A DNA stretch of 47,637 nucleotides, taken from the NCBI GenBank assembly GCA_030167865.1, contig JALAGF010002857.1:1-47637 (forward strand). Reading direction: 5' to 3'. This document shows, piece after piece, positions 42,501 through 47,637 of this stretch. The notes under the pieces are model-generated. The model was not told the DNA's origin. It saw only the letters and a program-made list of their open reading frames with translations, and ran no database searches. A program made the translations under genes and the position numbers. This stretch comes from Craspedostauros australis (taxonomy: Eukaryota). Within the stretch, counting starts at the first letter, position 1. The number at the start of each line of letters is the position of its first letter.

Positions 42501-42727
42501 GTGGGGGCGGTAGAGGCGGACTGCTGGATGCGCTTCAAGGTCGTGGCAAAGGCCGCGGTGGACGTGGCGGCGGTAGAGGCGGACTGCTGGATGCCCTCCA
42601 AGGTCGTGGCAAAGGCGGCCGCGGTCGTGGTGGATTGACGGATGCCATACAAGGACGAGGGAAGAGTGGGGGACCTGGGCGGGGTGGGTTGCTTGCGGCA
42701 ATCGCAGCAAGGAATGGCGGGGAATAG
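39560..42727 (+). CDS. Large coiled-coil protein with C-terminal RGG / WH2-like repeats
   Basis: 1055-aa intact ORF, coiled-coil segments (IQKLLLDLEQAEKRQRKLEQQLAQ), C-terminal five RGGLxxAL/I units. Confidence 0.9.
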   Translation: MSAKKAIAAQKQQDDDMQRASSMWEPPTPSFGTPRAHRSFAGNQSLTPRSSHHSKTKEEWARSTHLYVPGTASSDIEIANVSSRKQAASHVEDLSYSSFHSAAAANEFEVRAPANAQPPTALPGFLDTARWEWNFLTTDKAFQAYRAQMCQANDDLPDDSDAMIQSYQQDLLAALGTDAEVGNSENNDNDNDNDNDNSDETNDNSNHNSNHNKRNNHNKRILQQMKTDPNLTDREVASFWQGYFLKQVECDVLNTQLKGYQTKYNQIMYFTTQINDGATSDKPTQRAVSIVPRRRAFPSMMPASSSRQLRTPPTSRPSLFLRSAVSQSSRAVPSASLVPRNASTRSRRRGLQEADDDEAPLTPNWGKDAATSDDVRPFGLSTRAMSIQRIRRHHERTTSVHSAMHTAIDETQESEFPQANTDEIQKLLLDLEQAEKRQRKLEQQLAQAGVVIAEDIPYEFAKQKVQEISMLMQELSQALADEATDAQQRALIEKDLFENEREFEKYITALQLTDEWIQEQERSEQDWEDSMRDDNVRALRAVRSHLPVDIRNCSEHDLIHTMTTPSGKRLSKQIAQKFKRTNVLQMLRLDPNDIVRLHPASLETMRLSNLTITERRALHQHLAPIVGKAWQQQSGGNSIHGTVKSGCDPFMERKWTWYHMMKTNFKEKLEQLQRHMDQYGEEDGVHKCPLLGKQCPHRANLVIDYFAHDYGYPKDDVYFQSEAAVSANRNTNNDADDDAKANSAEFQKHCAEVQATRTKAFKQHHKGKILQATLASGACESMDECMETLATQYNTWTTNKLLQQQKSKNEDVAPAEIAKYQDALNGFKLLLLQYTDRSGLATVAGGKDAAVDPRSTVEKQICHSLLQMAYDLLLDGISEMIGAAHDSRLQMTLQQLRIQMNALQQRNVGEFVDPTQLLLKPVTTRVEIRREAEQEVQRQQDQKAKEPAPSSTMAGRGGGRGRGRGRGGLMDALQAKGRGERGGGRGGLLDALQGRGKGRGGRGGGRGGLLDALQGRGKGGRGRGGLTDAIQGRGKSGGPGRGGLLAAIAARNGGE
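42420..42727 (+). repeat. Five degenerate ~50-63 bp coding repeats (RGGL(L/M/T)(D/A)A(L/I)xx)
   Basis: ggattgatggatgcgcttcaa / ggactgctggatgcgcttcaa / ggactgctggatgccctccaa / ggattgacggatgccatacaa / gggttgcttgcggcaatcgca. Confidence 0.88.
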
Positions 42728-42985
42728 GCACTTCCAATGGAGCTCCGACATGTAGCCAAAGCACTTGTTGTACACGTATGCACTAGTACATCTGCTTACG
42801 TATTCTACTCCATGGAATGTACGTACTGACACGCCAGCACCAGACCACAAGCATTGCACTCCCTAGAGAGACGTTATGCAAAGATATGTATGGTACGGTT
42901 AGAACATGTGGAATGGGACATCCAAAGTGGAGTGCTCTGAAAGGATGAACCTCGATTCAGCTGTTGCTTGCGGCGAATTCGTCGC

Positions 42986-44983
42986 TCACTTCATAATCAT
43001 CGCGGCCGGATACTCCCGCAGCAATGTGTAACATCCGGTCAACAAATCCAACCGATCGTCCTCCGCCCCCTCATAGGATTCGTCGCTGCCGCCATCCGCA
43101 CCCGCTTGACGGTTGTTGGATACGATGCCCTCTTCTTCCATCGCAATCCAATGCATCACGCATGCGTGGAACGGATACAGTGCGGTCGGTGGATGCGACT
43201 GATGCTGCACACCCGCGGGATGCATCGACAGAATCGTATCCGTCGGCCAACCGCGCGACGCGGCCAGGTGCAACGGAAGCATACCCTTCGCATCAGGAAG
43301 GGTGACCGCCTCGGGATACGCCTCCAACATCAGCTTCATCGCATTCTTCGCTTGATCCATTTCTTCCGACTGCGGTGGTTCCGGTTCCACCTCGTTGTGC
43401 AAAATGCCAATGTCGCTGAAGTGATTATTCTCCGTCGTGATTGCATCACTGGATTCCATCCATAGCTTCCTCTTCTTATTTGTGGGTCGTAGCAGGTACA
43501 TGCCAAGCATGGTGTGGAGCGGGTACGTCGGGATGGATGCGTCTTCGCATGTACGAAACTGCTGAGGATCCCATCGCCGCGTATCTTTCAAGATCTCGTA
43601 GATTGGTTCCAATTTGGCCTCTCCAATGCAATGTTGCAGGAATGTCGAAGTGCTCCTGCCGGTGTCCACCCTGCGTCGTCGTCGCTTGCACAGCGATGCT
43701 GTCTGAAAGAGACATTGCAATTTAGGCAACGCCTGTTGTGGAAGAGGGCCAGAGTTGTCTTCCTGATCTCCACCTGCGTCGTGCCGCGACCGTTGCCGAC
43801 ACTGCAAGATCTTGGACAGCACGAGCTGGAGCTTGCGCCACACGTTGCGCCTGGATTCGTTCCACCAATCCTCCGATCCATCCCAGAGATCATCCATCTC
43901 CAACGCGCCCAACCGAATGGGAGAATCGTAGATGGACACGATTTCATTGACGAGGATCTTGTCGGCGCAGTGCCGCCGAAACTGTTCGTGCGGGTAGTTC
44001 TGAATGATGACGCGCGCGGAATCGTAGCCAATGTACCCTTCCGCCACCCATTCGATGGGCGACAGGACCATGCCGACCAAATCCATGCCCTTCAAGGTCT
44101 CGTGGAGGAAGTAGACAATGACATCGCGCGACGCCTCGAACCGCGCCACCAACGCCAGCGGGGATGGCCGATGGAACAGCAAATCGAGCGACTCCGGACA
44201 GTGCTGCATGGCGAGCCGCACGGTCTGCAATGGAGGGTCGTGGCACAGGATGGTCTGGAAGAGCGTGATTTCGAACCGGTCCAGCGAATCATCATCGTCG
44301 TCTTCGTCCCTGTGCGAAGAGTCCCCACGTTCATTCAAACTGTCAGCATCGGCTTCCAAGACCTCCAAATCAGATGGATGCGGATGCAATCGAGGCAGCC
44401 TGGGCTTCGCCCAATACTTTTGCTGCGCTGGATCATACGGCCGAGACAGCTCCGCACCGTTGATCGCGATCTGTCCGTCGACCTGCTGCCAATCGATGCG
44501 ATCGATGGGACATTCGTAGTGCGCAATCATCGGCATGGAGACAATCTCGCCCGCATTTGACTGCTCGTCCGCATCGGGGGCTTGCACGTCACCATTGCTG
44601 CGATCATGGTTGCTGACGGCCGGTGACTGCCGAGGCAGCTGCTGATAGTGCGGCGGGATCAAGCGGAAGAGGTTCGTCTCCCTGCGCAACCCGGCACGCG
44701 TCGATCCATGGGCATCGATTGCACGTTGGCTTGCGGCACTCATGTTGAGGTGCGCGCAATACCTGCTTCGCGCAACACGTATTGTATCGTCTTGCAGTGT
44801 GGATGGGATGGTATGGGATGGTAACCAACGAACCGGGAGCCTGAGATTATGGCAGCCGCTCGAGGCGATCTCGCAGGGAAGTGGATGGTCTGCGAAGGCA
44901 ATCACCCCACCTCCTCGCGCGAGCTGTGCACATGTTGTACTGTTTCGGAACGAGAGAATCCATTGGCACGACTGGGTTGACAT
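42986..44983 (-). CDS. Hypothetical protein with degenerate ankyrin-like repeats
   Basis: 665-aa ORF (true start may be ~44743); LEAYPEAVTLPDAKGMLPLHLAA, YPLHTML, LYPFHAC and terminal YTLLREYPA resemble divergent ankyrin-type repeats. Confidence 0.75.
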   Translation of the reverse strand: MSTQSCQWILSFRNSTTCAQLARGGGVIAFADHPLPCEIASSGCHNLRLPVRWLPSHTIPSTLQDDTIRVARSRYCAHLNMSAASQRAIDAHGSTRAGLRRETNLFRLIPPHYQQLPRQSPAVSNHDRSNGDVQAPDADEQSNAGEIVSMPMIAHYECPIDRIDWQQVDGQIAINGAELSRPYDPAQQKYWAKPRLPRLHPHPSDLEVLEADADSLNERGDSSHRDEDDDDDSLDRFEITLFQTILCHDPPLQTVRLAMQHCPESLDLLFHRPSPLALVARFEASRDVIVYFLHETLKGMDLVGMVLSPIEWVAEGYIGYDSARVIIQNYPHEQFRRHCADKILVNEIVSIYDSPIRLGALEMDDLWDGSEDWWNESRRNVWRKLQLVLSKILQCRQRSRHDAGGDQEDNSGPLPQQALPKLQCLFQTASLCKRRRRRVDTGRSTSTFLQHCIGEAKLEPIYEILKDTRRWDPQQFRTCEDASIPTYPLHTMLGMYLLRPTNKKRKLWMESSDAITTENNHFSDIGILHNEVEPEPPQSEEMDQAKNAMKLMLEAYPEAVTLPDAKGMLPLHLAASRGWPTDTILSMHPAGVQHQSHPPTALYPFHACVMHWIAMEEEGIVSNNRQAGADGGSDESYEGAEDDRLDLLTGCYTLLREYPAAMIMK

Positions 44984-45170
44984 GATACACGACTGGGATC
45001 ATTTTCGTCCAACCCACCATTGGACTCCCCTGTGCGGCGGAGATGATGAATGGAAAGATAGACAAACAGATGCACCTGCTCAGAGACTGATGGAACGTCA
45101 ATACTATTCTCTAATTCGTACCTGTACCCGTTGTTATTGTATTCTACAATACAGTACAATGCTTCCCATC

Positions 45171-46904
45171 TCACACCCATGTTCGGTTCAGCTTTTCCAA
45201 CAGCCCGTCCCACGTGACAACACCCTCGAACAATCGCTCTTTGTCCACACTGCAGAATTCGCGCTTCACGTACGCAGTGCGATGGAATGCCTTGCGATGT
45301 GCCACTTCACCATCAAGAGAGGCATACCATTCCGGCATCCATTTCTTCTCGATCTCAAGCGACATCTCCAGAAGCTCCTCTAGTTCATGATTCGGCGGAC
45401 AGTCCAAGGGAAGATCTCCAATGGTCTTGTTCAGGACGTCTTTGTAATAGTTCTGCAGCCAAATAGTCATGTCCAGCCTGGTATTGTTGACCTGCATAGC
45501 TTCGCTGATCATACCTCGTTGCGCTGCCGTAAACACAATGTCGTTGAGCATGAAAAAGATCACTGTCCTGGAATTGCTGTGAGTGGTCGTCTTCTTGTGC
45601 TGCAGGTATTCGCACGAGTTGGGCATGTCCGGGATGATGTCGCAGAGCAACTGCTTCGAGACATCCCGTTTGTCGTGGAAGTTCATGATGTGGATAGGGA
45701 AATTGCTTTGTTTCCATGATGAGATGATGCCATCTATGAATATGTAATCTTCCGCAACAGTCATCGTGATGGAGCCACCCTTGTACGGGTGTGAACTGAT
45801 GTTCATCCAAGCTCGAATCGACGACCAAGCATTTCCATGCATTGTGCCATTTTCACGGGGCCACTGAGATGCTGACCCGTCATACTCCACCTCCATCCCA
45901 AATATTTGCTTCGAAGTGCTGATCATCCAGTCAAAGACACGTCGGTAGGTGACGATTATGGATACATCCCAGCCTCTGAGCAGGTGTCGCAGGTTGGCAA
46001 AGTAATCAGGGCTCTGGAACAAACCGTCTGCGGGGTAATTGAACCTGAAGCCTCGCTTCTCGCTGCTGAATATCAGCGAGATGTTTTGTTGCCTTGCTGC
46101 GTCAAGTAGCCTTTGTGTTTCCACCAGCCGGAGTGGCATCTTCGGTAGCGATCGCAAGGACGGCTGCGGCGCTGATGTTGCTGCGGGTGTGCCGTCTGCG
46201 CGTGCATGGTTGTTCATCAACAACTGCTGACTTGTCATTTGCTTCCTGTACTTCGTATATGGGTCACGCATGAATTGCCAATGGAATGCGACCTCCAAAG
46301 AACATAAATCGAGGTGCTCAGCTGTAAATGGATCTTTCGAGCACAGTATTCCTGAATCCCAATAGCGGTCTTCGGCAAGGATTTCCTTTTCTCTGAGTTC
46401 CACTAAGTCCTCTTGCAGCGAGGTCGTGGCCGTCTTTGGTGGGCCAAAATGAAGCACCAGCCGGTTCTTCCTTTCTTTGAGACTATTCTCAGTCGGCGGA
46501 AGCGTTGCCGTATCCATTCCTGGCACGCCCATGCGCATGCCAGCTTGGATCTCTTTGACAGTCGAAGATGAGCCCTCCATCTCGACGGTAGCGGCTGCTG
46601 CCAGTGTCTCATCCATCGCAAAGGACGAAGTCTGCCAATTCATGCTCTGCATCTCATAGGATAGCAGGAACCAAGAGAAAACGACCACCACAGCAAGTAC
46701 CGCCACCATCGTGGCTGTCGTGATGGATCGGCGCTTCCTTGCTTGTTGGCGGCCTTCGATCCTGTTGTCATTGTCCATCCGTTGGCCAGAGAGATTTGGG
46801 TTGCTGCCATGATGACGCTGTGTGACGACAGTGTTTCGGTTCGGCTGGTTGAGTCGCTTGTGCATGCCTGTCATTCCATCCACTCTGTTGGAATGGGCAT
46901 CCAT
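45171..46904 (-). CDS. Type II membrane sulfotransferase-like protein
   Basis: Basic RKRR then one TM (MVAVLAVVVVFSWFLL), stem, LVLHFGPPKTATTSLQ (5'-phosphosulfate-binding-loop-like) and IIVTYRRVFDWMIS (3'-phosphate-binding-like). Start uncertain. Confidence 0.8.
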   Translation of the reverse strand: MDAHSNRVDGMTGMHKRLNQPNRNTVVTQRHHGSNPNLSGQRMDNDNRIEGRQQARKRRSITTATMVAVLAVVVVFSWFLLSYEMQSMNWQTSSFAMDETLAAAATVEMEGSSSTVKEIQAGMRMGVPGMDTATLPPTENSLKERKNRLVLHFGPPKTATTSLQEDLVELREKEILAEDRYWDSGILCSKDPFTAEHLDLCSLEVAFHWQFMRDPYTKYRKQMTSQQLLMNNHARADGTPAATSAPQPSLRSLPKMPLRLVETQRLLDAARQQNISLIFSSEKRGFRFNYPADGLFQSPDYFANLRHLLRGWDVSIIVTYRRVFDWMISTSKQIFGMEVEYDGSASQWPRENGTMHGNAWSSIRAWMNISSHPYKGGSITMTVAEDYIFIDGIISSWKQSNFPIHIMNFHDKRDVSKQLLCDIIPDMPNSCEYLQHKKTTTHSNSRTVIFFMLNDIVFTAAQRGMISEAMQVNNTRLDMTIWLQNYYKDVLNKTIGDLPLDCPPNHELEELLEMSLEIEKKWMPEWYASLDGEVAHRKAFHRTAYVKREFCSVDKERLFEGVVTWDGLLEKLNRTWV

Positions 46905-47195
46905 GATGAAGAGCTCGATGTGGAGGCTCTTCGATGTTTGCACGTGCACGAGCAACTATGCGTGCGCTGTATTTTGTGAGTTGTTGTGTTGTTGTTGGTT
47001 CTGTTGTCGCTACTGGTTGCAACAGTGGGCCTCGAAATTGCGTGCCCTTTCATCGCAGAGTTGATTTCGTCCCTCACACGTGCGCGACGCATGCGTTGTG
47101 TTGGTGATTGCCACCCCCAATGATGCCTGAAAAATGAAAAATCCAACGGAACAGAGAAACGACCTCCTAGTGGCTATTGGCTAATTTCCGGTTTT

Positions 47196-47230
47196 TTGGT
47201 AATTATTGGTAATTATTGGTAACCATTGGC
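47196..47230. repeat. 10-bp tandem motif ttggtaa(tt/cc)a x3, repeated x2 at 47443-47462
   Basis: ttggtaatta ttggtaatta ttggtaacca ttggc; second cluster ttggtaacca ttggtaacca. Confidence 0.8.
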
Positions 47231-47637
47231 ATATCGCCGACGGCACAAGCAACCATTCGATGAGTTGATGGCCGTTGCCTGACATCTTTACATTATTAGA
47301 AAGAGGAGAGTGAGAGCTCTCTGTTGATGTGTTCATTGTTGGCAAACGATCTCCGCTTTCCGTTCATCTCGNTGCCTCTTTTTACCCTTTATCGGCCTTT
47401 TTCGCACGGACGACGTACGNACGCGATTTCGGAATTTTTTCGTTGGTAACCATTGGTAACCACGTAGAGTCTACGACGTTCTGGTACAGAAATTTGTGGC
47501 GTTTTGGTCCAATAGCGACCGACTGCCTTCCAAAGACCCGCATCCAAATCTGCTTCGTCAATTGCTCAAGTGAATGGCATGGTTGTATTCGTCGCTTCAT
47601 TATGCTTCGGGTGGTGTGTTGGTCAGCGGTCCAGGAT

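Noticed and set aside
40697-42859. 720-aa antisense ORF (also 7584-8486, 13913-14866, 26198-27238, 31734-32768, 36288-37148, 43514-44560)
   Set aside because: Each lies opposite a well-supported gene; shadow ORFs expected from codon bias, with no recognisable motifs.

Overview
Eukaryotic, gene-dense, intron-poor DNA whose gene content (DUF6824-type domains, paired helicase-associated domains, a HxGPPKTxTTSLQ sulfotransferase-like protein) points to a diatom or related stramenopile; this is inference, no database was searched. The dominant feature is seven intact, intronless paralogs sharing one architecture: variable N-terminus, CRAL-TRIO/Sec14-like lipid-binding module, Ser/Thr-rich linker, C-terminal DUF6824-type domain with a basic tail. 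Five are in tandem on the minus strand (412-14860) and two more sit head-to-head (25739-27679 minus, 28556-30331 plus). The paralogs show mosaic relationships, diversified putative ligand-pocket segments, motif-breaking substitutions in two copies and homologous non-coding flanks. This array is my best candidate for an undescribed system (hypothesis: a lipid-sensing regulator family). Other genes: a multi-pass membrane protein, a double helicase-associated-domain protein, WRAP53/TCAB1 (one intron), a SUN-domain protein (one intron), a Ser/Lys-rich protein with an RVxF-like motif, a small secreted protein, a 1055-aa coiled-coil protein ending in five RGG/WH2-like repeats, an ankyrin-like protein and a type II membrane sulfotransferase-like protein. 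No rRNA, tRNA, CRISPR array or recognisable transposase/reverse transcriptase was seen. All alignments were done by eye.
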